Shown: positions 1 to 10,432, counted from the stretch's first letter. The stretch is DNA of 48,527 nt from an uncultured Rhodocyclaceae bacterium (GCA_964536245.1 CAZHVZ010000003.1:26073-74599), one strand, 5' to 3'. Notes: a model not told the origin generated them from the sequence alone. A program made the numbers and translations.

Positions 1-2004
1 GGCACGCGGGCAATGACCGCTTTCAATTCCAAAACCGGGGGTTTCCACCTGACCACCGTCGGTCGGGTGCAAACGCCAACTCTCGCCATCGTTGTCGAGC
101 GCGAACGGAAAATCCGTGAGTTCAAGGCCCGCGCCTATTGGGAAGTGGAAGCCTCCTTTGCCGCCAAAGCCGGCGATTACACGGGAAAATGGTTCGATGA
201 GAACTACAAGGGCAAGGAAGAAGACGAACACGCCCGCGCTGACCGTCTGTGGGAGCAATCCAGGGCAGATGCCATCCGGGCAGCGACCCAGGGCAAGCCG
301 GGAACCGTCACCGAAGAAGCCAAGCCGGAAACCCGCCTCTCGCCTTCACTATTTGATTTGACCAGCCTTCAACGCGAAGCAAACGCTCGCTTCGGATTCT
401 CTGCCAAGACGACGCTTTCCATTGCTCAGGCTCTGTACGAAAAGCACAAGGTTCTGACCTACCCCCGCACCGACTCCCGCTGCCTGCCGGAAGATTATCT
501 GGCAACGGTCAAGGAGACCCTGACCATCTTGACCGGCGAGGGTGCCGGCAAGGGACACGACGAAGTTCTGCTGGCCAACTACGCGCCCTTTGCCCACCAG
601 ATCCTGGCACGCAACTGGGTTCTCCCCAACAAGCGTATTTTCAACAATGCAAAAGTAAGCGATCACTTTGCAATTATTCCAACACCACAGGCACCGAAAC
701 AGCTGAATGAGGTCGAGCAGAAGCTCTACGATTTCGTTGTCAAGCGCTTCCTTTCGGTATTTTTCCCGGCTGCCGAATACCTGGTGACCACCCGTATTAC
801 CCGCGTTGCCGGCCACCCCTTCAAAACCGAGGGCAAGGTTCTGGTTGCTCCCGGTTGGCTGGCAATTTATGGCAAGGAAGGCCAGGCCGGCGAAGACGGA
901 AACCTGTCCAAGGTCGATGCCGGAGAACAGGTCAGGACTGAAGAGGTTACTGTAAAAGCGCTGGAAACCCGGCCACCGGCCCGTTATTCGGAAGCCACCC
1001 TGCTTTCCGCCATGGAAGGTGCCGGCAAGATGGTCGATGACGAGGAACTGAAAGCCGCCATGGCTGGTCGAGGACTGGGTACCCCGGCCACCCGCGCCCA
1101 GATTATCGAAAACCTGATCGGCGAACAATATATGGTCCGCGAAGGCCGGGAATTGATCCCGACGGCCAAGGCCTTTTCCCTGATGACCTTGCTGCACGGT
1201 CTGGGCGCCACCGAGTTGATTCAGCCGGAGCTGACCGGAGAATGGGAATGGAAGCTTGGCCGTATCGAAAAAGGCGAGTTTACGCGGCAGGAATTCATGC
1301 GGGAAATTGCCGAAATGACTCGCCGTATTGTCGAACGGGCAAAAACCTTTGACAGCGATACCATTCCCGGCGATTTCGGGATTCTCAATGCGCCCTGCCC
1401 TCGCTGCGGTGGCTTGATCCGGGAGAATTACAAGAAATTTCAGTGCAGCGACTGCGATTATTCCCTGTGGAAAATCGTCGCCGGCCGCCAATTTGAGCCA
1501 TCGGAAATTGATACCCTGCTCACCGAAAAACACATTGGCCCCCTGACCGGTTTCCGCAACAAGATGGGCCGGGCCTTTGCCGCCGCCATCAAACTGAACG
1601 ACAAAATGGAGCCGGAATTCGATTTCGGCCAGGACCGGGCCGGTGACGAAGGGGATGGCGAACCGGTGGATTTTTCGGCCCAGGAAGCTTTAGGAAATTG
1701 CCCAAAGTGTGCCGGGCAAGTCTTCGAACACGGCAGCTCCTATGTCTGCGAGAAATCCGTCGGCCCCGGCAAGACCTGCGATTTCCGCTCCGGCAAGATC
1801 ATCCTGCTACAACCCGTGGAACGGGCGCAAATGCAGAAATTGCTGACCACCGGCAGGACCGACCTGCTAAAAGAATTTGTATCCGCCCGTACCCGCCGCA
1901 AATTCTCGGCCTATCTGGTTGCCAAGGAGGGCAAGGTCGGCTTTGAATTCGAGAAAAAAACTCCCGCCAAAAAGCCCGCTGCAAAAAAGAAGGCAGAAGC
2001 TTGA
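1..2004 (+). CDS. topB: DNA topoisomerase III (type IA), 5' end cut by the window edge
   Basis: Frame 1 is open from nt 1 (listed ORF 13..2004). It has the type IA core motif TVGRVQTPTLAIVVERE, three C-terminal CxxC zinc-ribbon modules (CPRCGG, CSDCDY, CPKCAG) and a Lys-rich tail. Confidence 0.85.
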   Translation, partial: GTRAMTAFNSKTGGFHLTTVGRVQTPTLAIVVERERKIREFKARAYWEVEASFAAKAGDYTGKWFDENYKGKEEDEHARADRLWEQSRADAIRAATQGKPGTVTEEAKPETRLSPSLFDLTSLQREANARFGFSAKTTLSIAQALYEKHKVLTYPRTDSRCLPEDYLATVKETLTILTGEGAGKGHDEVLLANYAPFAHQILARNWVLPNKRIFNNAKVSDHFAIIPTPQAPKQLNEVEQKLYDFVVKRFLSVFFPAAEYLVTTRITRVAGHPFKTEGKVLVAPGWLAIYGKEGQAGEDGNLSKVDAGEQVRTEEVTVKALETRPPARYSEATLLSAMEGAGKMVDDEELKAAMAGRGLGTPATRAQIIENLIGEQYMVREGRELIPTAKAFSLMTLLHGLGATELIQPELTGEWEWKLGRIEKGEFTRQEFMREIAEMTRRIVERAKTFDSDTIPGDFGILNAPCPRCGGLIRENYKKFQCSDCDYSLWKIVAGRQFEPSEIDTLLTEKHIGPLTGFRNKMGRAFAAAIKLNDKMEPEFDFGQDRAGDEGDGEPVDFSAQEALGNCPKCAGQVFEHGSSYVCEKSVGPGKTCDFRSGKIILLQPVERAQMQKLLTTGRTDLLKEFVSARTRRKFSAYLVAKEGKVGFEFEKKTPAKKPAAKKKAEA

Positions 2005-2010
2005 AGCACA

Positions 2011-2047
2011 GGGGAGTCCGGGTTTCACGTGGAACCTGGACTTTCCC
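2011..2047. terminator. Imperfect long hairpin between convergent topB and oxyR (candidate bidirectional terminator), centred on GTTTCACGTGGAAC
   Basis: The arms GGGGAGTCCGGGTTTCAC and GTGGAACCTGGACTTTCCC pair with one bulge and wobble-type mismatches. The hairpin fills the 46-nt gap between two stop codons. There is no clear U-tract. Confidence 0.45.
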
Positions 2048-2050
2048 TGC

Positions 2051-2950
2051 CTAGCGAATAACCGTTGCTCCGGGTAATTGACAGCCGAGAATCGCCGCCC
2101 TGACCGCATCAATGGCTTGAGGCCGGGGAAATGTCACCCGCCAGACCAGGCCAACCTGCCGCCCCGGAGATTTTCCGCCAAACGGCACGACCCGCACCAG
2201 AGGTTCCCGATCAATCAGCAGATCGGCTGCCGTACTCGGCATGACCGCCACCCCGGCGCCGCTCGCCACCATATGGCGAATCGTTTCCAGCGAACTGCCT
2301 TCGAGGGAAGCTTCCAGAGCACCGGGTTCGGAAAGGCGGGGGCAGGATTCGAGAACCTGATCGCGAAAACAGTTACCCTGCCCGAGCAGCAGGAGATTCT
2401 GCCCTTCCAGCTCATCAGCCGAAATGGTCTGCCGCTCCACCCAGGGGTGCCTGGCGGGAACGAGAACGCGGAACGGCTCGTCGTAAACCGGCTGGGCGAC
2501 CAAGCCCGGTTCGGCAAATGGCAGAGCCATCACAATCACGTCGAGATCGCCGGCCTTGAGCGCGGGAATCAGATTGCCGGTGAAATCCTCCTTGAGGAAA
2601 AGCGGCATATTCGGTGCCTGGGCATGCAAGGCCGGAATGAACTGGGGCAGCAAATAGGGGGCAATGGTGTAAATGACTCCCAGACGCAGGGAGCCGATCA
2701 AGGGATCGCGTCCGGCATCGGCCATCTCGTCGAGACGCATCGCCTCTTCCAGCACTCTCCTGGCCTGAGCGACAATCCGTTCTCCCAGGGAAGTGATGCG
2801 CACTTCGCTCGAGCCCCGCTCAAACAAGGCAGCCCCAAGTTGCCCTTCGACTTTTTTCAGAGCGACGGACAGCGTCGGCTGGCTGACATGGCAGCTTTCT
2901 GCGGCTCGACCAAAATGTCTCTCCCGAGCCAGCGCTACCAGGTAGCGCAT
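2051..2950 (-). CDS. oxyR: LysR-family redox regulator OxyR
   Basis: It has a wHTH (MRYLVALARERHFGRAAESCHVSQPTLS) and a Cys pair spaced 9 residues apart (NCFRDQVLESC), as in E. coli OxyR C199/C208. I set the start at ATG 2948-2950 (M23 of listed ORF 2051..3016) because the longer form would overlap rsuA. Confidence 0.8.
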   Translation of the reverse strand: MRYLVALARERHFGRAAESCHVSQPTLSVALKKVEGQLGAALFERGSSEVRITSLGERIVAQARRVLEEAMRLDEMADAGRDPLIGSLRLGVIYTIAPYLLPQFIPALHAQAPNMPLFLKEDFTGNLIPALKAGDLDVIVMALPFAEPGLVAQPVYDEPFRVLVPARHPWVERQTISADELEGQNLLLLGQGNCFRDQVLESCPRLSEPGALEASLEGSSLETIRHMVASGAGVAVMPSTAADLLIDREPLVRVVPFGGKSPGRQVGLVWRVTFPRPQAIDAVRAAILGCQLPGATVIR

Positions 2951-2961
2951 CTCGGTCAGGG

Positions 2962-3669
2962 TCACCCGGCACTCCCGGTCACGGCAGCAAAATCGGGAGC
3001 TTCCATCCAGCGCCACTCACCGGGCTGCAAGCCGGCCAGATCCAGACGCCCCATGGCTTCACGGTGCAAACTCAGCACCCGATTACCGACTGCGCCGATC
3101 ATGCGCTTTACCTGGTGATATTTTCCCGAGGTAATGGTCAAACGGAGCCGGTGAGAATCAAGAATCTCGCACTCCGTTGCACACACCGGTTCAGGATCAT
3201 CGGCCAGAACCACGCCCGCCAGCAGAGCCGAAATCTGTCTCTCATCCAAAGCATCCGCCGTGTGTACCAGATAAACCTTGGGCACCCTCTTCTTGGGAGA
3301 GGAAAGTTGATGATTCAACTGACCGTCATCGGTAATAATGAGCAGCCCGGTGGTATCTTCGTCAAGCCGGCCAATCGGCTGTACGCCCCGTTCCCGCAGG
3401 GCTGGCGGCAACAAGCTCAGGACGCCGGGATGGTGTACCGGTTTGCGTGAACATTCGTAGCCGGCAGGCTTGTAGAGAAGAATCGTGGCAAACTCCCGGT
3501 AGGGCCAGTCCACGCCATCTACCGAAAATACCAGATTACTGGTCGGCACGTCGCAAAAGGGATCTTCGCAAGGCGAACCATTGACCTTGACATGACCATG
3601 TCGAACCAGCCTGCGGCAATCCTTGCGGGTGCCGAAGCCGTGTTTTTGTAGAATACGATCCAGTTCCAT
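2962..3669 (-). CDS. rsuA: 16S rRNA pseudouridine synthase, RsuA family
   Basis: It has an N-terminal S4-like domain, the catalytic motif GRLDEDTTGLLIITDDG and KYHQVKRM. It is collinear with E. coli RsuA from memory. Confidence 0.8.
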   Translation of the reverse strand: MELDRILQKHGFGTRKDCRRLVRHGHVKVNGSPCEDPFCDVPTSNLVFSVDGVDWPYREFATILLYKPAGYECSRKPVHHPGVLSLLPPALRERGVQPIGRLDEDTTGLLIITDDGQLNHQLSSPKKRVPKVYLVHTADALDERQISALLAGVVLADDPEPVCATECEILDSHRLRLTITSGKYHQVKRMIGAVGNRVLSLHREAMGRLDLAGLQPGEWRWMEAPDFAAVTGSAG

Positions 3670-3692
3670 AACGACGATGCTACCATCCCGCC

Positions 3693-4163
3693 ATGAATTT
3701 CGAACATCTCATTGAAATCAACGACCCCGGCAACCCCCTGCTCGAAGTTCTGAGCCGGGAACAACTGTGGCAGGGTTTGCTGTACCGGGTGGAAAATCCC
3801 CTGCCTTTCCTGCCGGGACTGGAGTCATGCGCCATCATTGAACGGAATGCCGATCATCTGGTTCGTCAGCTTGATTTTGGCCCGGCGGTCATCGAAGACC
3901 ACGTCACTCTGGCTCTTAACCAGTGGGTCTGCTTCGAAATCAAACCTTCGGAGTCCCACGCCGGAGGCAGTCTGACCATCACCATCGAGGAGCCGGCCAG
4001 CAACCACCTCTTCCTGCGCTTCGCCTACCGCACAACCCTGTCCGACGCACCCGGATCGGAAGACGCAGCCTATGCGTCCTACGTCAAGTCCGCTTATCAC
4101 CAGGCCGATGTGGATTGCGTACGCCTGATCCGCACCTACCTTGCTGACGGACTTCTTCAGTAA
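3693..4163 (+). CDS. DUF1857 / SRPBCC-fold family protein (function unknown)
   Basis: This 156-aa ORF is divergent from rsuA. The N-terminal FEHLIEINDPGNPLL..LSREQLWQGL pattern resembles DUF1857 proteins as I recall them. I have no motif-level proof. Confidence 0.5.
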   Translation: MNFEHLIEINDPGNPLLEVLSREQLWQGLLYRVENPLPFLPGLESCAIIERNADHLVRQLDFGPAVIEDHVTLALNQWVCFEIKPSESHAGGSLTITIEEPASNHLFLRFAYRTTLSDAPGSEDAAYASYVKSAYHQADVDCVRLIRTYLADGLLQ

Positions 4164-4195
4164 GCCCGGGTCTTCCCCACTGGCCAGAGAGCGGT

Positions 4196-5818
4196 TTACT
4201 CAACGCCCTGGCTGGCCAGATAATCTTCGTAACCGCCTAGGTAATCGACCACCGTCCCATCCCCCTTCACTTCCAGGACCCGGGTCGACAGCGAAGAGAC
4301 GAACTCCCGGTCATGGGAAACAAAAACCAGGGTGCCGGTAAACTTTTCCAGGGCCGTGTTGAGCGATTCGATGGATTCCATATCCAGGTGATTGGTTGGC
4401 TCATCCATGACCAGAACATTGGAGTTGAGCAGCATCAGTTTGCCGAACAACATGCGTCCCTGCTCACCGCCGGAAATCACATTCACCGGCTTTTTCACTT
4501 CATCGCCGGAAAACAGCAGCCTCCCCAGAGTGCCACGAATCAGCGTTTCCACGTCGCCGCCTTCGTAACCACCAGCCCTTACAAATTCCGCAATCCAGTC
4601 GGTCAGATTGGTTTCTGACTGAAAGAGGGCGGCGTGGTCCTGGGAATAATAGCCCGGCCTGGCCTTTTCGGCCCATTTCAGGCTGCCGAACCGGGGAGTC
4701 AGCTCTCCCATGAGCAGCCTGAGGAAGGTGGTTTTTCCGGCGCCGTTCTCGCCGATTACCGCCACCTTTTCCCCGGCGTTGATAGTCAGGGTCAGATTGT
4801 TGAAAATCTTGCGCTCACTGCCTTCATAGGCAAAGGAAAGGTTCTCGATTTCCACCGCCTGACGATGCAGTTTGCTTTTTTCATCATAATCGAAACGAAT
4901 CCATGGATACTGGCGGGATGAGGGCTTGACATCTTCTGGCTTCAGTTTCTCGATCAGTTTGACCCGGCTGGTCGCCTGCTTGGCCTTGGACGCATTGGCC
5001 GAGAAACGGCGAACGAAGGTCTGCAATTCGGCGATCCGCTCCTTGGCCTTGGCATTGGCTGCCGACTGGCGCTCCCGGGCCTGCACCGAGGCCTCCATGA
5101 AATCATCGTAGTTACCCGGATAAATGGTGATCTTGCCGTAGTCCAGATCGGCCATGTGGGTACATACCTGGTTCAGGAAGTGACGGTCATGGGAAATGAT
5201 GATCATGGTCGAATCGCGACCATTGAGCACATCCTCCAGCCAGCGGATGGTGTTGATATCCAGGTTATTGGTCGGTTCGTCGAGAAGGAGGATATCCGGG
5301 TCGGCAAACAGGGCCTGGCAGAGCAATACCCGTAACTTCCAGCCCGGCGCCACTTCACGCATGGGACCATTGTGCTGCTCGATGGGAATGCCTACCCCAA
5401 GCAACAATTCCCCCGCCCGGGATTCGGCGGTATAACCGTCGTACTCGCCAAATTTGGATTCCAGCTCGGCAGCATGCATGTAATCCTCTTCCGTGGCCTC
5501 CGGGTTGGCATATATGGCGTCCTTCTCAGCCATGCAGGCCCACATTTCTTCATGGCCCATGAGCACCACGTCGAGCACCCGCATGTCTTCGTAAGCAAAC
5601 TGATCCTGCTTGAGGTAGGCCATGCGCTCATGCTTGTCCTTGGAGACATTGCCGGCGGAAGGCTCGAGGGCGCCGCACAGGATCTTCATGAAGGTCGACT
5701 TGCCGGCCCCGTTGGCACCGATCAAGCCATAGCGGTAGCCTTCACCGAATTTGACATTGACGTTCTCGAACAGGGGTTTGGCCCCAAATTGCATGGTGAT
5801 GTTGGCAGCGACAAGCAC
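4196..5818 (-). CDS. ybiT: ABC-F family ATPase YbiT
   Basis: It has two ABC cassettes (Walker [10 protein letters not shown] and GENGAGKTT, signature LSGGE) and no TM domain. It is near-collinear with E. coli YbiT from residue 1 (MLV..N.TMQFG.KPLFENV). Confidence 0.9.
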   Translation of the reverse strand: MLVAANITMQFGAKPLFENVNVKFGEGYRYGLIGANGAGKSTFMKILCGALEPSAGNVSKDKHERMAYLKQDQFAYEDMRVLDVVLMGHEEMWACMAEKDAIYANPEATEEDYMHAAELESKFGEYDGYTAESRAGELLLGVGIPIEQHNGPMREVAPGWKLRVLLCQALFADPDILLLDEPTNNLDINTIRWLEDVLNGRDSTMIIISHDRHFLNQVCTHMADLDYGKITIYPGNYDDFMEASVQARERQSAANAKAKERIAELQTFVRRFSANASKAKQATSRVKLIEKLKPEDVKPSSRQYPWIRFDYDEKSKLHRQAVEIENLSFAYEGSERKIFNNLTLTINAGEKVAVIGENGAGKTTFLRLLMGELTPRFGSLKWAEKARPGYYSQDHAALFQSETNLTDWIAEFVRAGGYEGGDVETLIRGTLGRLLFSGDEVKKPVNVISGGEQGRMLFGKLMLLNSNVLVMDEPTNHLDMESIESLNTALEKFTGTLVFVSHDREFVSSLSTRVLEVKGDGTVVDYLGGYEDYLASQGVE

Positions 5819-5934
5819 GACGAATCCGATCTGGCAGGAAAAGATGAAAAGGGGCGAATTTTACCTTTTTTCAATGACCTGCACGCAGTGAAGCAGCATG
5901 GCTACAATGAGCAATCTTACTGCTGGAGCCTACC

Positions 5935-6816
5935 ATGACCCACGAAACCCGGCTCGAAATGAGCGAATACCAGGCTTTCCACGTTTCCGGCTGGCTGGCT
6001 CTGCCCCTCTGGCTTGGCCTGCTGGGAGGTCTGAGCTGGAACTTCCCGGGTGAAGCCATGCTCCACGGCGTACCTCCCGTCAAACTGTTCATTGCCCTGC
6101 CCTTATTGGTGCTATTGGCCAAAGGGTTCATCGTCCTTGAACCCAATATATCGGTTGCCCTGACATTTTTCGGAAAATATGCGGGCTCGGTCCGCCAGGA
6201 TGGATTTTTCTGGGTCAATCCCTTCTGCAAACGGCAAAAAATTTCCCTGCGCGTAACGAATCTCAACACCCCCACCATCAAGGTCAACGACAAGGCCGGC
6301 AATCCCATCGAGGTCGCGGCGGTCATCTCCTGGCGCGTCGCAGATACCGCCAAAGCCGCTTTTGACGTGGAAGACTACGGAGCATTCATCATCATCCAGA
6401 GCGAGTCAGCCGTCCGGGCCGTCGTGAGCACCCGCCATTACGATGGCGACAGTCATGGGCAGAACTCGTTGCGGGGCGACCTGGATGCCGTTGCCCAACT
6501 CCTCGGCGACACCATTCAGGAACACGTCGGAATTGCCGGCCTGGAGGTCATTGACGCCAAAATCGCCCACCTCGCCTATGCCCAGGAAATCGCCAGCGTG
6601 ATGTTGCGCCGTCAGCAGGCGGAAGCGGTCATTTCCGCCCGGGCGCGCATCGTCGAAGGGGCCGTGGGGATGGTCAAACAAGCCCTGGATGAACTCCAGC
6701 AAGCCGGAGTGGTCACATTGTCCGATGCCGACCGGGTCAAGCTGGTCACCAACCTGCTAACAGTTCTCGTTTCCGAATCGGAAACCCACCCGGTACTCTC
6801 CGTCGGGCGGGAATAG
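5935..6816 (+). CDS. SPFH/band-7 domain membrane protein
   Basis: It has N-terminal hydrophobic segments followed by an SPFH-like core (VALTFFGKYAGSVRQDGFFWVNPF...TIKVNDKAGNPIEV). Confidence 0.75.
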   Translation: MTHETRLEMSEYQAFHVSGWLALPLWLGLLGGLSWNFPGEAMLHGVPPVKLFIALPLLVLLAKGFIVLEPNISVALTFFGKYAGSVRQDGFFWVNPFCKRQKISLRVTNLNTPTIKVNDKAGNPIEVAAVISWRVADTAKAAFDVEDYGAFIIIQSESAVRAVVSTRHYDGDSHGQNSLRGDLDAVAQLLGDTIQEHVGIAGLEVIDAKIAHLAYAQEIASVMLRRQQAEAVISARARIVEGAVGMVKQALDELQQAGVVTLSDADRVKLVTNLLTVLVSESETHPVLSVGRE

Positions 6817-6839
6817 CATCCCGAGGACACCCTTCATGG

Positions 6840-6863
6840 TATTACACGCCTTGCCGTGTAATA
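6840..6863. promoter_or_regulatory. Palindrome TATTACACG-N6-CGTGTAATA upstream of gshA (operator or hairpin candidate)
   Basis: A 9-bp perfect inverted repeat with a 6-nt spacer sits in the 86-nt SPFH-gshA gap. Confidence 0.2.
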
Positions 6864-6902
6864 TTCAACCCATACCCCAGCAAGGATTTCACCAAAGACC
6901 TT

Positions 6903-8186
6903 ATGGTTCCCCATCTGACAACCGCCCTGACCGGCCCCCTTCTTGAACTCGAGCGTCGTTTTCTCGACAGCAGCACGCATATTGAGCATTGGCTGCGCAG
7001 CCAATGGCAGGACCATACCCCGCCCTTTTACGCCTCCTGTGACCTGCGCAATTCCGGATTCAAGCTGGCCCCTGTGGACACCAACCTGTTTCCCGGCGGC
7101 TTCAACAACCTCAATCCGGCCTTTCTGCCCCTCTGTGTGCAGGCCGCGATGTCCGCCATCGAAAAAATATGCCCGGAAGCACGAAATCTCCTGCTGATTC
7201 CGGAAAATCACACGCGTAACCTGTTTTATTTGCAGAATGTTGCCCAGTTGGCGGCAATATTGCGTCAAACGGGGCTAAATGTACGCCTCGGATCGCTGCT
7301 TCCCGATATTCAAGCCCCCACCCCGATCGATTTGCCAAATGGCCAGACCATTGTCCTCGAGCCCTTGAAAAGAGGCCCCTACCGCATTGGCCTGGACAAT
7401 TTCGATCCCTGTGCAATTCTGCTCAATAATGACTTGTCCGCTGGCATCCCGGAAATCCTCCGGGGACTGCACGAGCAGTTCATCCTGCCTCCCCTCCATG
7501 CCGGATGGGCGATGCGCAGAAAATCCAACCATTTTGCCGCCTATGACGAAGTGGCCACTAACTTCGCCAAGGAAATCGGCATTGACCCCTGGCGTATCAA
7601 CCCCGCTTTCTCGGTTTGTCGCAGTATCAATTTTCACGAGCGGCAAGGAGAAGAATGTCTCGCCGCCAACGTCGCCGCCGTCCTTGATCTGGTCAGGGAA
7701 AAATACCGCGAATACGAAATTTCAGAGACCCCCTACGTCGTTGTCAAGGCGGATGCCGGAACCTACGGCATGGGGGTCATGACCGTACGCGATGCCGACG
7801 AAGTGATCGCCCTCAACCGCAAGCAGCGCAACAAAATGAGCGTTGGCAAGGAAGGACTTGAAGTCAGCGAAGTGATCATTCAGGAAGGGGTGCACACCTT
7901 TGAGACCTTGAATGAAGCGGTTGCCGAACCCGTCATTTACATGATTGACCGCTATGTCGTGGGCGGTTTCTATCGGGTCCATACCAGCCGGGCAAAGGAC
8001 GAAAATCTGAACGCCCCCGGCATGCACTTTGAACCCCTGGCCTTTGAAACCTGCTGCACCCTGCCTGACTTCTCCTGCCTGCCGGACGCTCCTCCCAACC
8101 GCTTCTACGCATACGGCGTAGTCGGGCGCCTGGCTTGCCTGGCGGCGGCGGTCGAGCTCGAGCGTACGGCTCCGGCGGAAGCCTAG
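6903..8186 (+). CDS. gshA: Glutamate--cysteine ligase (non-enterobacterial proteobacterial type)
   Basis: This 427-aa protein has an N-terminal region (FYASCDLRNSGFKLAPVDTNLFPGGFNNL) typical of this GshA family. It is followed 12 nt later by gshB. Confidence 0.7.
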   Translation: MVPHLTTALTGPLLELERRFLDSSTHIEHWLRSQWQDHTPPFYASCDLRNSGFKLAPVDTNLFPGGFNNLNPAFLPLCVQAAMSAIEKICPEARNLLLIPENHTRNLFYLQNVAQLAAILRQTGLNVRLGSLLPDIQAPTPIDLPNGQTIVLEPLKRGPYRIGLDNFDPCAILLNNDLSAGIPEILRGLHEQFILPPLHAGWAMRRKSNHFAAYDEVATNFAKEIGIDPWRINPAFSVCRSINFHERQGEECLAANVAAVLDLVREKYREYEISETPYVVVKADAGTYGMGVMTVRDADEVIALNRKQRNKMSVGKEGLEVSEVIIQEGVHTFETLNEAVAEPVIYMIDRYVVGGFYRVHTSRAKDENLNAPGMHFEPLAFETCCTLPDFSCLPDAPPNRFYAYGVVGRLACLAAAVELERTAPAEA

Positions 8187-8198
8187 GACCAGGCCAGC

Positions 8199-9218
8199 AT
8201 GGCGCACCAGCTCCAGTTTGCCAATGAAGTGTTTGGCGGTAGCAGCCGGCCTCTACGGCTGGCGTTCATCATCGACCCGCTTAATTCTCTGAAAGCCTGG
8301 AAGGACTCGAGCGTCGCCATGATGCGCGCCGCCGAACGCCATGGGCACGAGGTTTTTGCCATTGATTGCGCCAGCCTTTTCTGGCGGCGCCAGGAAACCG
8401 GTATCGCCGGAGGTGTTTTTGGCGATGCCTTTCACTTGCACACCCGCCCGGACGACCACGACTGGTTCCGGGAAACCGGCCATGAACTACTGCCTCTCAA
8501 GCATTTTGACGCCGTTCTCATGCGCAAGGACCCGCCCTTCGACATCGAATACATCACCGCCACCTGGCTACTGGAACGGGCCGAGGCGGGCGGCGTTCGC
8601 GTCTTCAACAAACCCCGGGCCCTGCGCGACCATTCGGAAAAACTGGCGATCGCCGAATTTGACCGCTTCACCGTACCCTGCCTGGTGTCCCGCGACATGC
8701 ACCGGATCCAGCATTTTATCGAGGAACAGCGGGATGTCATTGTCAAACCCCTGGATGGCATGGGGGGTAGCCAGATTTTCCGGGTGCACCGCAACGATCC
8801 CAACCGCAACGTCATCGTTGAAACATTGACCGGCAACGGCACCCGCACCATCATGGCGCAGCACTATCTGCCCGAAATCGCCCAAGGCGATAAACGTATC
8901 CTGCTGATCGGCGGCAAGGTCGTTCCCTATTGCCTGGCGCGCATTCCAAAGGCCGGAGAAACCCGGGGCAACCTCGCTGCCGGCGGGACCGGTGTCGCTC
9001 AGGATTTGTCACCCCGCGACCTGGAAATTGCCGAAACCCTGGGACCGATACTCTTCAAGCGGGGTCTCATGCTGGTCGGCCTGGATGTAATTGGCACCCA
9101 CCTGACGGAAATCAACGTCACCAGCCCCACCTGCATGGTGGAAATTCGCCAGCAGACGGGTTTTGATGCAGCCGGTGCCTTCATTACCGCCATAGAACAC
9201 GCATGTGGAAACAACTAA
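8199..9218 (+). CDS. gshB: Glutathione synthetase (ATP-grasp)
   Basis: It matches E. coli GshB at both ends (DPLNSLKAWKDSSVAMM, GLDVIG..LTEINVTSP). It extends about 20 aa further N-terminally than E. coli GshB, so the true start may lie downstream. Confidence 0.85.
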   Translation: MAHQLQFANEVFGGSSRPLRLAFIIDPLNSLKAWKDSSVAMMRAAERHGHEVFAIDCASLFWRRQETGIAGGVFGDAFHLHTRPDDHDWFRETGHELLPLKHFDAVLMRKDPPFDIEYITATWLLERAEAGGVRVFNKPRALRDHSEKLAIAEFDRFTVPCLVSRDMHRIQHFIEEQRDVIVKPLDGMGGSQIFRVHRNDPNRNVIVETLTGNGTRTIMAQHYLPEIAQGDKRILLIGGKVVPYCLARIPKAGETRGNLAAGGTGVAQDLSPRDLEIAETLGPILFKRGLMLVGLDVIGTHLTEINVTSPTCMVEIRQQTGFDAAGAFITAIEHACGNN

Positions 9219-10237
9219 TTGTCCTGTTCTGTATCGCGACCCTGACTGCCTGCGGGCGTCCGGTGGTGCAGCAGCAGGAAGCCTATGTTTTTGGAACCCG
9301 TGTTGAAGTTCTCGTGGTTGACCCCGACCCGGCCAGAGGTCGTACCGCAATTGCCGCAGTCCTGCGGGAATTTGACCGGATGCACCGGAGTTACCATGCC
9401 TGGCAACCGTCCGAGCTGACTGCCCTCAACGATGCCATTGCCGCAGGGCGCCCGCATCCGGTTTCGCCGGAGCTGGCCGGGCTGATTGCCGAAGCTGGCC
9501 AGCTGGCCGCTCAGGGCGACTATCTGTTCGATCCGGGGATTGGCCGCTTGGTCAAATTATGGGGATTTCACAGCGACGAATTCAAGGCTCAACTCCCCGA
9601 CCCCCAGGCGATTGCCGCCTGGCGCGCTGCCCGACCGAGTATTTCCCAGTTGACGCTATCCGCCGATGGCGTGGCCCGTTCCAGTAATCGAGCCGTAGCC
9701 CTCGATTTTGGCGGCTACCTGAAAGGGGTGGCGCTGGATCGTGCCGCCACCATCCTTCATGCCGAGGGTATCCACAATGCGCTGATCAACATTGGCGGCA
9801 ACATCCTGGCTCTGGGCGACAAGGATGGCCGTAAATGGAAAGTCGGCATCCAGCATCCCCGTCAGCCAGGCCCCTTGGCCACCGTTGAACTGGCCGATGG
9901 CGAGGCAATTGGTACTTCCGGCGATTACCAGCGCTTTTTCGAGGTCGAGGCGCAACGCTATCCCCACCTGCTCGATCCCCGGAGCGGCTATCCCGCCGAT
10001 CACACCCAGGCCGTAACGGTGATCATTGCCAAGGGGAAAGGAAGCGGAACCCTGTCCGACGCCACGTCCAAACCGCTTTTTATCGCCGGTCCGAATGACT
10101 GGCAAGCTATAGCCAGCCGGCAAAATCTCAAGCAGATATTGCGGGTGGACCGTAGCGGTCGCATCCAGGTAACGGAGAGTTTGAAAGGAAGGCTTGAATT
10201 TGTTGGTCAGCTCCCCGAGTTGGAGGTAGTGCGGTGA
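9203..10237 (+). CDS. apbE: FAD:protein FMN transferase ApbE (lipoprotein)
   Basis: It has a signal peptide with a lipobox (LTAC) and ApbE-family length and sequence. It overlaps the gshB 3' end by 16 nt. Confidence 0.8.
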   Translation: MWKQLIVLFCIATLTACGRPVVQQQEAYVFGTRVEVLVVDPDPARGRTAIAAVLREFDRMHRSYHAWQPSELTALNDAIAAGRPHPVSPELAGLIAEAGQLAAQGDYLFDPGIGRLVKLWGFHSDEFKAQLPDPQAIAAWRAARPSISQLTLSADGVARSSNRAVALDFGGYLKGVALDRAATILHAEGIHNALINIGGNILALGDKDGRKWKVGIQHPRQPGPLATVELADGEAIGTSGDYQRFFEVEAQRYPHLLDPRSGYPADHTQAVTVIIAKGKGSGTLSDATSKPLFIAGPNDWQAIASRQNLKQILRVDRSGRIQVTESLKGRLEFVGQLPELEVVR

Positions 10238-10422
10238 CCGACCCGGATATTGAAAATGCCCGTCGCCGCCTGACTGCGTTGGCCGCCTTGCGTCAACTAC
10301 GCCGCATGGTGGATCAGGACATTCTCATGCAGCATTGGCAGGCAAGGTGGGCGAATCGGATTGGCGCAGGCTTCGCCATTATTGGCGTGCTGCTTGTCTT
10401 CTTGCTGCTCAGTATCCGCTAG
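10234..10422 (+). CDS. Small tail-anchored membrane protein, hypothetical
   Basis: A GTG start overlaps the apbE stop (GTGA). The 62-aa product has an Arg-rich amphipathic N-terminus and one C-terminal TM helix. I recognise no family. Confidence 0.3.
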   Translation: MTDPDIENARRRLTALAALRQLRRMVDQDILMQHWQARWANRIGAGFAIIGVLLVFLLLSIR

Positions 10423-10432
10423 AAAATCCGGA

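Noticed and set aside
2951-3016. Longer oxyR start (listed 3016)
   Set aside because: It would overlap the rsuA 3' end by 55 nt and add a Cys/Arg-rich leader absent from LysR regulators. The wHTH begins right after M23.
349-3118. ORFs 349..1533 (minus strand) and 2078..3118 (plus strand)
   Set aside because: They are antisense to topB and to oxyR/rsuA respectively, with no family features.
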